From Eledone cirrhosa (lineage: Eukaryota), in assembly GCA_964016885.1 (NCBI GenBank), contig OZ024742.1:253518001-253582000 (forward strand): a DNA stretch of 64,000 nt. Direction: 5' to 3'. The notes under the pieces were generated by a model. That model ran no database searches and was not told the DNA's origin. It worked only from the letters and a program-made list of their open reading frames with translations. A program made the position numbers and the translations under genes. Shown in pieces: positions 51,664 to 64,000 of the stretch (position 1 is the first letter of the stretch; each line of letters begins with the position of its first letter).

Positions 51664-53049
51664 AAGAAGAAGAAGAAATTCTATAGCTCTTCTACTGATA
51701 TAGAGCTCATTCATCATTTGTTGATTATTATGCTACACATATAGCCCCACCCCCAGCAACACAGGCATACGCACACATCTACTATATAAATGGCAAATTT
51801 CTGTCTGTCTGTGTATCTGTGTATCTGTGTATAACCAGTTGGCGCCTACACTAGTGATCTGATCCTGCTGAAACTTTACACACATGTTAAGCTAATATTC
51901 AGAAACAAGACTGGCTAATTGGATTTCAATAAAACTCAATAATGGAACCCTGGGGACATCTTTATAATGGAGGAGGAAAGAGAAGACGTTTCAGTGAAAG
52001 AGGGGGAAGAGGAGATACTACTACTGTATGTTAAACCCTCCCTCCTAATACTCAGTCCTCCAAAACGAGGCAACAACTTATTAGAAATATACATAAAGAA
52101 ATTTAAAACAAAGCCGACTACAATCTAATTTATATATATATATATATCAACTAGAAATTGATTGACATATATATATATCTAAAATAAACATATGAAACAA
52201 TCACAGGGAATAATTTGTAAAAGTGTGTAAGCACACATAGCCAGGTAGGTAACTAATTAAAGTTTATCTAGAACTTTAAAAATAGATACCTTATAAATTG
52301 ATTAATCTTCCTTTATATATTTCATTAAAGAAATATATTTCACCATTAATCGATCGGTAAACCACAGTAGCCAAATCTCGGATTTTCAACAAGGGAGAAG
52401 ATCTAACTATCTGTGTTTACACAACAAATTCAAATCAGCAAATGACTAGTAGCTCGTGTTGCATTTTTCAAAAATACACACACCGTACCAGCTTCATCCC
52501 AGTGGCGTGAATAGGGTTATCAACAACTAGAAATAGCAGCCGAGTCCTTTCAACTGAGTTAGCTCTACAATTAAGGGGCCGTGTATATATCCAAAATTAA
52601 ATTACGGGTGTCATGTCAGAGAGACATGCGCCATATCCACTGTAAAATATGCTCCTAGATTCCAATGAATAGATCCGAGCACTTTATATCAACTAGATAA
52701 TGATTGACATATATATATATATATATAAAATAAACATATGCAACAATCACAGGTAATAATTTGTAAAAGTGTGTAAGCACACATAGCCAGGTAGGTAACT
52801 AATTAAAGTTTAACTAGAACTTTAAAAATAGATACCTTATAAATTGATTAATCTTCCTTTATACATTTCATTAAAGAAATATATTTCACCATTAATCGAT
52901 CGGTAAACCACAGTACCCAAATCCAGGATTTTCAACATTGGAATCTTGGAGCATATTCTACAGTGGATATGGTGCATGTCTCTCTAACATGACACCCTTA
53001 ATTTAATTTTGGATATATACACGGCCCCTTAATTGTAGAGCTAACTCAG

Positions 53050-53679
53050 TTGAAGGGACTCGGATTTTGGAATAGAATAGAAAGAACTATGAATAAGGCT
53101 AATAGATTAAACTCATGGTATGATAGCAATAAATACCAGAGTGTAATGTCCATCGATACAACCCCTAGAGGTGAATTAGCTTACAAATTTAGAAGGGCCC
53201 TAGATAAACATAAACTCAATATTAAGATAGTAGGAAGACCAGATACCTCCATAAAAACACTTATTAGCAAGACATACCCTTTTCAAAGACCTCCCTGTAT
53301 AGATAAGAAATGTATAATCTGTAAATTAAGCCCCCATATTAACTGTAAAACTAGAAATGTAGTATATAGCATAAGATGTACTGAAGGACAATGTAGAGAT
53401 AAAAATATAGTGTACATAGGTGAGACAGCTCGTAGTATAGGGGAACGGATAAATGAACACTGGCGAGACCTTCAAGATAGTAAAGAATCATCTGTACTCT
53501 ACCAACATGTTAAAATAGAACATAAGGGTAAATTAGAGAACATAGAAATAAAAATAGAATCTACACACAGAAAAGACGCAATGTTTAGACAAATCACAGA
53601 AGCAATAAACATAAATGAACTCCAACCAAAATTAAATAGAAAACATGAGTGGAACAGCAACATCACAACTTACAATTAA
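53050..53679 (+). CDS. 5'-truncated PLE ORF: linker zinc finger + GIY-YIG endonuclease
   Basis: CIDKKCIIC..CKTRNVVYSIRC..C..VYIGETARSIGERINEH..RQITEAI..PKLNRKHEW. Confidence 0.88.
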   Translation: MKGLGFWNRIERTMNKANRLNSWYDSNKYQSVMSIDTTPRGELAYKFRRALDKHKLNIKIVGRPDTSIKTLISKTYPFQRPPCIDKKCIICKLSPHINCKTRNVVYSIRCTEGQCRDKNIVYIGETARSIGERINEHWRDLQDSKESSVLYQHVKIEHKGKLENIEIKIESTHRKDAMFRQITEAININELQPKLNRKHEWNSNITTYN

Positions 53680-53880
53680 GGACAGAATGAAAACACACAC
53701 ACACATAGAACAAACAACCAACCAGTAACATGTAAACAAACAAATAAATAAACGAATATAAACACACACAGACACCTGGATGTGGCGCATGCGCAGACTG
53801 AGCACACAACACACACACAGAAACAAGATGGCGTAAGACAGAACAAAGGAGAGGCACAAAAACAAAGAAAAGAATCCCCA

Positions 53881-53923
53881 GTCACTGAGGAGGTCACATA
53901 ATGTGTGACGAAAGAACTTTGAC
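53881..53923 (+). ncRNA. Minimal type I hammerhead ribozyme in PLE 3' pLTR (family D)
   Basis: GUCA-CUGAGGA-G-GUCACA UAAUG UGUGAC-GAAA-GAAC-UU-UGAC, about 200 nt after the ORF stop. Confidence 0.82.
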
Positions 53924-54069
53924 AATATATAAACAACTATCTGGTTGTGGAACCAACCAACCAGCTGGAAATTTATAAATTCCTAAATTTATAAATAAAT
54001 TTTAATAAATTGAAGTGAAAGCAACTGGTGCGTGTGTTTCTTATTGGCAACATGACCCTCCCAAAGTAT

Positions 54070-54114
<45 letters not shown>

Positions 54115-55086
54115 CCGGGTACTGCAGCTAGTATATTTATATATATATATATATAAACATTGTTGCCTCAAAAATATCAGTGTATGTGATATATATATAT
54201 ATATATATTTCTCACATCCACTGATATGGATTCTGAACACGTGCATATGCTTAGTTCACATTAAGGTCAACTGCAGGAATCGGTGATAAGTTACAAAAAA
54301 GTGTGATGATCAATGACCTGGGAGTTGGCTTACCATGAGATTAGTCTGAAGAATAAAACCCAAATCGCATGTTGACGAATATTCGTACTCCCGGCTTGTT
54401 AATTGTAACATGCCGTCTTTGAGAGTAGAGTTTATTTTGTCGATATTTCAAGGTTTTGGATCGTGGGAACATTAACATGAATTAAGAAGATGTAACTTCT
54501 CCCCCATTATTGACACTTTGCAACAGTGAATGTTACAAGGCCCTCTTTAGGACCAACACTTCTGATTGTTTATCCATCTTATTATGGTGTGTTTTTTCAG
54601 GTTATGTCTACTATAGGGGAAAAACAGGATGGTTTTATTGAATTGCTTCAGTCATTTGAAGCGCTTTACAAACAATGATATACAGGGTGCTTGAACTGTA
54701 CCTGAATATGTTCACTCAGTTATAATTTCTTCATTTTTTTCAATAATTGCGATGACTTCGACAATCGTTCTGTGTTTGTTCTTGAGCGCCAAGGCAGTAA
54801 GTTTGCTATTCTTATACATAAGTTTGTTGAATAAGTTTGATACTCTTCGAGCTCAAACTTCCCTGGCTTATTCACTCTGAATGAAGAAAGCTGGATGGAA
54901 GAAGGACTTATGACTTAAACAGCTATTGATAGTTTCACACAAAAAAATGGATCTGCCATAAACACACCTGGCAAAGGTTGCTATTGAAAATCCAGTATGG
55001 GCACCCATGTCGCTAGCATTTTCAGGTGCACTCTGGGAACTGCGAATAACCCCACCTTTCCTGGGTATTACCGAGCACTGCAGCTA

Positions 55087-55120
<34 letters not shown>

Positions 55121-58100
55121 ATCGTTGCCTCAAAAATCGAGATGAAACATGAGTGTATTTGAAATTCATAGGAATAATTTGAGAACTTAAGCACAAAGAA
55201 TAACTGTTAAAACAACTGAATGCTGTAAATGACAACTGCATGTAAGTCAGGTAAGAATACACCTAAGGACAGAAATCAGTGGCCTGTAGATGATAAAGAG
55301 AAAAGTAAAGTTGTGAGGTGGGTGACAGGTAGATAAAACATAGAGATGATTGAGAGAGGAGTATGTTGGTAGATAGGAATGATAAGTAAAGAAAAAAGAA
55401 AGGAAGACAAATGGCAATTAGGGTTATTATAAAATTTACAATAAGGTTTACAATAAGAGTCGAGATCAATGTTATAAACAATCAGATACCACAGACACAT
55501 CTGATGTCGTCTGCTCTCAATCTGGCTTGCAGTTTTGCATGGATTAATTGAGAGAACTACAATGTTTTATGCTAACTTATGCAACAGAAAAACATAAACA
55601 TTTATGCTGATATGATGCATGTGCAACAACAAAACAAACAGAATAGATGAACAGACAAATGTTGCCGGCAGGGCATGCTTTATCTCATTATCTGTGCACC
55701 TCCTCCAATTTCACTCTGCTATTCTCTCCATCACTACACTCAACACCCATGTGTTATTGACCACAACATCTACACATCCCACTGCTATCTTTGCTAAGGT
55801 ATTCTCACCAACATTAAATTCCCTTTTCCTCTATACTATTGGTCACCTTTTTCCCCAACTCAGTACCCTGTCAAATCACATCACACTTTCCATACATCCA
55901 TAACTTCATACTTATCTTACGTCTCTTCTCAACCCTAAACCTCCACAGAGCAGAGAGGACTCTTCAGTTGTGTCAATGACCAATAACCTCTTTAGTGATG
56001 GTACCATGAAATTGGACCTGGTATACCCTATTAGGTAGTTGGCAATAAGAAGGGCACCCCAATGCAGAAATGAGGCCTAAAAGGGTTGAGCAGACCCTTT
56101 AATTGTGTCAATAGCACAACAACCTCTCTAGTGCTGGTGATCTACACAATAATTACTGCCAGTACACACTGTAAAGTGGTTGATGATAGGAAAGGCATCT
56201 AGCCATAGAAAACTTGCTAAACAATGGGTTGGGAGGACAATTAGTTGTGTCAAAGACATGACAACCTCTCTAGTGCTGGTGCCATGCTAAAATGCACTCT
56301 GTAAAATGTATGAATGTAAGTACATGTAAATATATATACTATATATGTATTTTTCACCCAACAATCATTACCCATATCCATCATGTGAACATACCAGTAT
56401 AGCTGTTTCTATTGCACTATATGATTCCTCATACGTCTAGTTTTTATGCTCAACTCTATCATATTAATATATTTTTACAAAACCAATTTTTTTTCCATGA
56501 ACTAGATTATTAGTGTTTCAGTTGAGAAGCATTATCATTTAATAATTTCATTAACTTGTAGTCTTGTATATTTTAGTATATTTTCTTTATCTGTATTTAA
56601 TTATGATAATACTATATTTTACTATAGCTAAGATGTACTGTGTATTCTCATGTATAATACAAGAAATTTTGAACTAATATTAAAAGCAAAATTGAGATCC
56701 AAGCACTACAACACAATGGAAGAATTGTGTGAACCACAAGGGGGACTGTGTTGAAAAATAAATCTCAATTGGTCACATTCCATGAGAGAATATTGGTCAG
56801 CCTATGAACTTTTCAGCTGATCATTGTATTTGCTGATATTGTTTAATATCATAAGAAACTGAATATTGTGAAATGTATGTGTAAGATCAAATTTAGATGA
56901 ATAATATGGTACAATTTAAAAAGAAAATATTACATAGCTATACTTCGATGTATTATATACAAGGAGGTAATGTTTAGCTTCAGAAATAGGGGCCATATTT
57001 TACTTAGAGAAATACAATATTATTATTTAGTAATTTCCTTAACTGTAGACGTGTGAATTCTAATATATTTTTTCTTTGTTGTTTTTGATTCTTATGATAT
57101 ATTTTAGAATAGGTTATATGTAGTTATTTCAAACATCTGAGATACAGTTTTCTGAAACAGACAGGCTTCAGGTTATTTTGAAGCTAAAATAATTGAATCA
57201 ATGTGAAAGTCATTCTTGATCAATCACCAATTTTTACGCAATTCTGCTCTCGCAATTGTGTTTAATTATGGTTCGACCGCAACTACTCGCGCTAAAACTT
57301 TCTGATATAATTTAATTCTAGCTGAGCTTGAGTTTTAATTAGGTTTATTTTAAATTTAGCACTGTAGGGGGAAACTACAGTGCTGCTTATATCTCACAGA
57401 ATATGTTGTAGTAGCAATAGAACAATCGATGCGCATTTACTGCAGATAATAAAATGAATGAATGAGAATATGTTTGATGTTAAATTACATGAAGATAGTA
57501 ATGGTGATATTTGGTAAATAAGTTACATCAAGAGTGTGTGTTGTCAGTTTTTCATTACGTAACCTTCTACACATTCTTTGAATTCTTTCTGTGTTCACTA
57601 GACCATGTAGGTTGAAAACTTGGCAAAAATCTAATAAAATCTTTATTTTTTTAAATAGTGTTAGTCAGGAGGAACAGAGTGTGTCCCCTTCCCACTCTAG
57701 TCAGCTTCATGCAATTGATGTTCAGTTTGAACAGCTAAGAGTGGAAACCTGAATGAAAACTTAAAGATGGTTTCAGTTAACCCTTTTGATAGCAACCCAG
57801 CCAAAACCAGCTATCGTTCTATAAAACAAAATCACCCATTTAAAGGGTTTCTATTTAAAGCTTTCAACATCATCCTATATACAGACCATATGGTAAATTA
57901 CTATTCTAATAATGAAATAATTAATAAGTTTAGAAAATCTTTCAAAATTACCCATTAATTAAATGAAATAGCGTATATTTCAGTACCAGAAGCTCATCAG
58001 AGCCAGAGCTTACTCTGGTTTCTATGACATTAAGTGCCTGATAGTCAAAGAATCCCTTCTGGACAAGGTGACAGCTTTAACTGCTTGCAGAGGTGGTATG

Positions 58101-58459
58101 TTAATATCTAACTCTGAAAAGTGGAGGAGGTAATTTTAGTACACATAGAAGAAGTAGTTGATGTAGCGTATATATAATTATTTTCATATATATAATTATA
58201 TATATAAGCAGTGTTTTTCAGTAAAAATATAGTAATATACTATGAATATGGAGAAATTTTGTAATATAACTAACTTTCTCATTAATTAGGATGGAGGATT
58301 AGAGATAAATAAACACAGTTTAACACTTTTGTTACCATATTTTTAATGAAAGGCACTGCCTATAATTTTAAAATCATTTTGAAAATAATCAAACATTTTG
58401 AATAACATAATAACATAACTAACATTCTTATTATTAAACTGGTGTTTTGATGCTTTAAC

Positions 58460-58725
58460 TAATGGTTAGAGCGTTGGACTTATGATCATATTGTTGGTTT
58501 GATTCTTGGACAGAGTGCCATGTTGTGTTCTTAGACAAAACACTTTATTACACATTGCTCCAGTATACTCTACTCAGAGTGAGTACCAGCAGTAGCTGGG
58601 GAGTTAACTCTGTGAAAGACTGGTGTCCTGTTCAGGGCAGGGGAGTCTTGTACTCTTAGTCGCTTAACTTTAAGGAAAGTGGAGATAAGCTCGGACCTGA
58701 CGAAATTTCAGCTTCGGACAGACAT
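58460..58725 (+). mobile_element. tRNA-derived SINE with CORE/V-like body
   Basis: TAATGGTTAGAGCGTTGGACT A-box, GGTTTGATTC B-box, GACTGGTGTCCTGTTCAGGG, GGAGATAAGCTCGGACCTGA tail. Confidence 0.65.
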
Positions 58726-59382
58726 TGTTTGGAAAAAGACAAAACTTTCTTATATTAAATTATGATGGAAGGTTTTTAGACAAATATAAACACTTTAAAA
58801 CAAACAGTATGGTATCATAAAACCAGTAGTTTTGAGCAGTTTGGTATGAAAATAGTTAACTATTCTATTCCACTACAAGACTGGCCAGTAGTCAATTGTC
58901 AAAATAATGAAGAGAGAAACAGCTTCCATTGTAGGAAGAACACACAACACAACTATAAAAATAAGAAAAAAATCAATAAATATTAACTTACTTATTTTTC
59001 AACTGATGTTCAACAATTCTCTAAACTAATGATGGCTTTATTTTATTCTATTTATTTATTTATTTATTTATTTTGCTCATAGCCAGCAATAAACAGACTG
59101 GACACTGATTGGTTTTAATTTGACAAGCAGACCATATTAACTATGCGAATTTTCACGGACTGATATCTCCAATCACATTATAAGTTTAATCACATACACA
59201 ACATACACTCGTACATTTGCATGTACAAAAAATAATCATACACACAAGTACATACACATATATGCAAATAAACACAAGCATATATACTCTAAAAAGGTGT
59301 ATTCACTTGCATACATTTATTTAGATATGTAAAATCTTATATATACAGATATACATATATGTATATATATACACATACACAC

Positions 59383-59454
<72 letters not shown>

Positions 59455-59739
59455 ATATATATATGTATGTATATATATATGTATATATACATGTATATAT
59501 ATAGATGTATGTATATATATTTATATATATATATGTATATATTCATGTATATGTAAATATATATACATATGTATGTGTATATATATATATACATATGTAT
59601 ATATATATACATATGTATGTGTATATATATACATATGTATGTGTATATATATATATATAAACTCATATATATATGTATGTATATATATACTATGTATATA
59701 TCATCATCATTGTTTAATGTCCATCTTCCATATATCCAT

Positions 59740-60048
59740 CATCATCATCATCAACGTTTAACGTCCGTGTTCCACGCTTGCATGGGTTTGGACGGGGGTA
59801 GTCCCACTTGAGGCAAGAGTGATTGTCTTGCTCGCATAGGACTGTCTGGCAGGTTTTCTACAGTTGGATGCCCTTCCTAACACCAACCACATTTACAGTG
59901 TGGGTCTGGGAGGTTTTTACCGTGTTGCCTACACGGCCACATTACAGCGTGGACTGTGTGTTTTTTTGTCGTGACACCTACACGATCCCATTTGTTTCGG
60001 CCTGGATGGTGTGGCACCAACACAACTTTACATAGAACGGGGTGGCGT
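59740..60048 (-). mobile_element. RTE-tail/SINE element matching the tail of RTE copy 1
   Basis: Reverse complement matches ~10000-10300. Confidence 0.85.
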
Positions 60049-60062
60049 GATATATATATATT

Positions 60063-60146
<84 letters not shown>

Positions 60147-60157
60147 TATATACATAT

Positions 60158-62078
60158 ATCATCATCATCATCATCATTTTACGTCTGCTTTTCCCTGCTT
60201 GCACGGGTGGGACGGGAACTGATTCTGGCTTGATTTCTACAGCTGGATGCCCTTCCTAACACCAACCTCATTTACAGTGAGTGCTGGGTGCTTTTTTGCT
60301 GTGGCACCTCCACGACCACTTTGCAGTGGAATGATACCCCAGTTTGGATGTTGTGGCACCAACATAACTTTACATTGAAAGGGGCGGTGTGGATGGGGTG
60401 GGGGTGGTGGGACGGGGGTGTATTTTGTTAGAGATGCCTACTGACTGTAGTAGGTTTTACTTTGTATTTAGGTAAGGCGGGTCTTCTCTATTACTGAGTA
60501 CCGCCAAAGGTCTCGGTCCAGTGACATTGTCTTGGTGAGGTGTAAGTGTGTGAGGTAGGAATTTATCAGCTCGTCCCAGGTTTTTCTGGGTCTGCCTATT
60601 CCGTGGCTACCGTCTATCTTTATTGCCCTGCACTTTGTTATACAGCTATCGTCCTTCATGCGCATCACGTGACCATACCAACGTAGCCTTCTCTCGAGTA
60701 AACAACATCTGATCCCTCTTATTTTTAATTTTTTCCTTAGTTCATTTATGCTTTGCCGTTCACGTATATCACTATTACACATCCAGCGGAGCATGCAAGC
60801 TTCGTTTCTCTCTAGTCTGCGTATATCCTCTGCACACAATGCCCAGGTCTCACTGCCATGCAACATTGCTGTTTGTATGCAGGCATCGTACAACCTGCCT
60901 TTCATTTTTAGGGAGAACCCTTTAGCGGCTAATAGTGGTATGAGCTCTGAACTTTTTCCACCCAGTTCTGACTCTAGCTACTGTACTTTCAGAGCACCCT
61001 CCCCCACTGCTGATTTTGTCACCCAGGTAACGGAAGCTGTCCACTATTTCTATAGAACACTCTGCGCAATTGAAAGAGCTAGTATTTTTGGGGCACTTGC
61101 TGCTACTTATTGCCCCAGAACACCGGCCACATGTAAAATCTATGTTCTTAGTTAGCTTACCTGTGATCCCACTACATCTTTTATGCACCCAAACTTTGCA
61201 TTTGGGACACAAAATGGAGTTTCTACCTACGCCTTTCCTACACTCTGAGCATGGCCACTTCCCGGAGGGGACCGCCGCCTTATTTTCTTTCTTACAAACT
61301 AGAACTTTAGTCTTAGCCAGGTTAATTTTAAGGCCTTTTGATTCTAGACCGTGCTTCCATGTTTGGAATTTCTTCTCTAGCTCGGCCATTGATTCAGCTA
61401 TGAGCGTTAGATCATCTGCGTATAGGAGTTCCCATGGGCAGCCGGTCTTGAACTCCACTGTTATAGCCTGGAGGGCAATAATAAATAGTAAGGGGCTAAG
61501 AACAGAGCCCTGATGAACACCAACTTTTACACTAAACTCTTCACTATATTCGTTGTTAATTCTAACCTTGCTGACTGTTTCTTTATACATGGCTTGTATA
61601 GCTCTCACAAGCCATTCATCAACACCTAGTTTTCTAAGAGCCCACCAGATAATGGAACGGGGGACTCTGTCGAAGGCTTTCTCCAAGTCGACGAAAGCTA
61701 AGTATAGGGGTTTACTTTTAGCTAGGTACTTCTCCTGTAGTTGTCGTACAATGAAAAGAGCGTCTGTGATACTTTTTCCTGACACAAACCCGAACTGCAT
61801 TTCATCTAGATCAATTCGCTCTCTGATTAGTTGCGCTATTACTTTTTCCGTGACCTTCATGACCTGGTCGATTAATTTAATGCCTCTATAGTTACTCTTA
61901 TCTAGGGCATCTCCTTTACCCTTATAACAGTTAACGATGATGCTGCTACGCCAGTCCTTCGGAACAGCCCCATTCTGTATGACTTGGTTGACTATCCCGG
62001 TGACCATGGTGTGTCCCACCGTACCAGATGCCTTCAGCATCTCGGTAACTATTTCCGAAGGCCCAGCCGCCTTACCCG
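60158..62078 (-). mobile_element. RTE-clade LINE, 5'-truncated, young copy 2 (RT + PHD; frameshift near 60945)
   Basis: ORFs 60922-62040 and 60468-60905 nearly identical to copy 1; begins inside a (TA)n tract. Confidence 0.95.
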
Positions 62079-63160
62079 TATATATATATATATATAATAT
62101 ACATTTATTCTATGTATATATGCACATATGTATGCATTCATATGAATATATGTATATATAATATATATATATATATATATACATATGATGATAATGATGA
62201 TGATGTACATCATCATCATCATTACTATTCTATGTTTTACACTTATTTTCCATGCTTGCATGGGTTAGATGAGTTGTCACGTTCTGAAACTAGACAGGCA
62301 GGCCAGACAACAGTATCGTGCTCATGCATTCAACTTTGGCATGGTTTCTATGGCTGGATGCTCTTTATAATGCCACTTCACAGCATGTTCTGAGTACATT
62401 TTTTCACGGCACCACTACTATTACCTGGCAGGGTGACCTGGGTGGGGTTTTTCTTTTTCATAGCATCAACACTATTGCTTTCCAGTGTGGACTGGGCGAC
62501 CGTACTACTACATTTTCACATTAGGGCTCTTTATCCAAAGACAGGCTGGGAGGAGAGGGTAGGGATTGGGGAGATGAGAGAAAAGTATAGACTGTCTGGT
62601 CTGATACTAGCCCATGGGGGAGTTTGGGGTTTAAAGGAAGTGAATGACATCTCGTGATATTGTGGGGTGAACATGGCTTTCCATGTTGGTATGTTTGTGC
62701 GAGGCAGTGGGGAATTCAGGGATAAATTTGGCAGTGCGAGTTTTTGGAAAGAGCAAGAAGGGAGAATCAATGGTTCATAGGGTAGTTTTGGAAAGAAGGA
62801 GAGAAAGAGTGGGCAAGCAGCATCGGGCAGTACAGTGAAGATACATCCACCTTTGGATAAAAGTAAATGGAGATGGAGGGGAGACTATGTTGGAGGCTAT
62901 GCTCAGAGAAGGGGAGATTATATATGCAAGGGGATTACTAGCAAGGAGTAGGTCATGGACAGGGCTGCCTAAATGTTGTTTCCAACTTTCTGTTTTTTAC
63001 AACAATCTTCAACATGTTCATTTAATCCTTGCTTGTGTAGAGATGATGGGAGCTTTCTGTGGTATTGGCATACCACCACCTGGCTAGTGCTTGTATCATT
63101 TCCACCATGAGATATAGCTTTTTGAGGTCAGCTTTAACCAATTTGTCCTATTGCCCAGTT

Positions 63161-63222
<62 letters not shown>

Positions 63223-63264
63223 GAAAGTAAGGATTTTATTATATCTCACATGGGTAAAATTATA

Positions 63265-63774
63265 GGAAAAAGAAGTTGAAAATGTAACTGGAGTCTTTAG
63301 AGTTATTTATAACTTTATTTAAAGTAATTTATAACATTACCGGTTTCACATGTTTCCTGACTTTCAAAAGTTCAGAAAAATGGAGAGATGGGTGGCTACA
63401 CTGACTTGTAACTCACACTTAATCTAACTGATATTATTATGTGTGTGCATGCATGCACACATGCACACACTCACACATGCACACACACAGTCACATGCAA
63501 TTCTTGTTTATTTTGCTGATTGGATCAGTATTATTTTGTTGTCATTACGATGGTAATTTTAAAGGTAATAATTATTATTTCCATTACTATCACCATAGTA
63601 ATAACATCAATTAGGTGTGATGTTATTACTATGGTGATGGTAATGTCAGTATAGCCACACATCCCTCCATCTCTCTTAACTTTTCTAAATCATGAAACTT
63701 GTGAAACCGGTAAAACTATAAATTTATTGTAAATAAACCTCTTTAAAGACTCCAATTACATTTTAAACTTCTTT

Positions 63775-63775
<1 letters not shown>
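63265..63775. repeat. Diverged inverted repeat (~63265-63405 and ~63645-63775) of a family also at ~33345-33465
   Basis: Shared AAGAAGTTGAAAATG..GGTTTCA..TTTCATGA..GAGATGGA..GCTA.ACTGA. Confidence 0.7.
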
Positions 63776-63809
<34 letters not shown>

Positions 63810-64000
63810 AGATGAGGTCAAACTACTCCTAATTAGTGAATGGTAACTGTCTGGGTTGACGAAATATAGATTTCCCGTTTTGTCTTAATGCACAAGGATG
63901 TCATTGGTGCTTCTGTACTCCAATATTTTGCTACGGAGTTGTTGTTGGAATCGATTATGTCTAGGTTTGAATTTCTCTACTACCCTAAGTATTGAGTACT

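Larger units (their letters stand above)
51778..54131 (+). mobile_element. Helitron-like element with internal duplication/inversion and a nested PLE
   Basis: A|TCTACTATATAAA..(TGTC) start; CCGGGTACTGCAGCTAG|T end; direct repeat ~52148-52390 vs ~52690-52937; inverted ~52540-52667 vs ~52936-53063. Confidence 0.6.

Noticed and set aside
54592-54802. Possible host exon (TTTTTTCAG acceptor, GTAAGT donor)
   Set aside because: In-frame stop in the obvious frame and no recognisable protein

Overview
AT-rich, microsatellite-dense eukaryotic DNA made almost entirely of transposable-element debris. The SINE tails, RTE family and TA/CA tracts suggest a cephalopod (Octopus-like) genome; this is an inference. 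No host protein-coding exon could be supported. The window holds at least six Penelope-like element (PLE) copies or fragments, two young inverted RTE LINEs carrying a PHD finger plus older RTE relics, a decayed hAT transposon, a CRE-type non-LTR fragment, non-autonomous Helitrons, a non-autonomous Gypsy-type LTR element and many SINEs. The main hidden signal is a set of type I hammerhead ribozymes (HHRs) from several sequence families. Six lie within 20.7-24.9 kb, where a ~500-nt tandem, highly structured, non-coding retrozyme-like unit is interrupted by a second HHR-bearing inverted-repeat element. Others occur in a 318-nt retrozyme-like unit (31.4 kb), in PLE tails (2.5 kb, 53.9 kb) and as a putative U3:A8 core-variant family (33.4, 63.3, 63.7 kb). 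The second notable signal is an LTR element with a stacked array of alternative LTR-end/tRNA primer-binding-site junctions and a non-canonical terminus. All folds and identities were assessed by eye.
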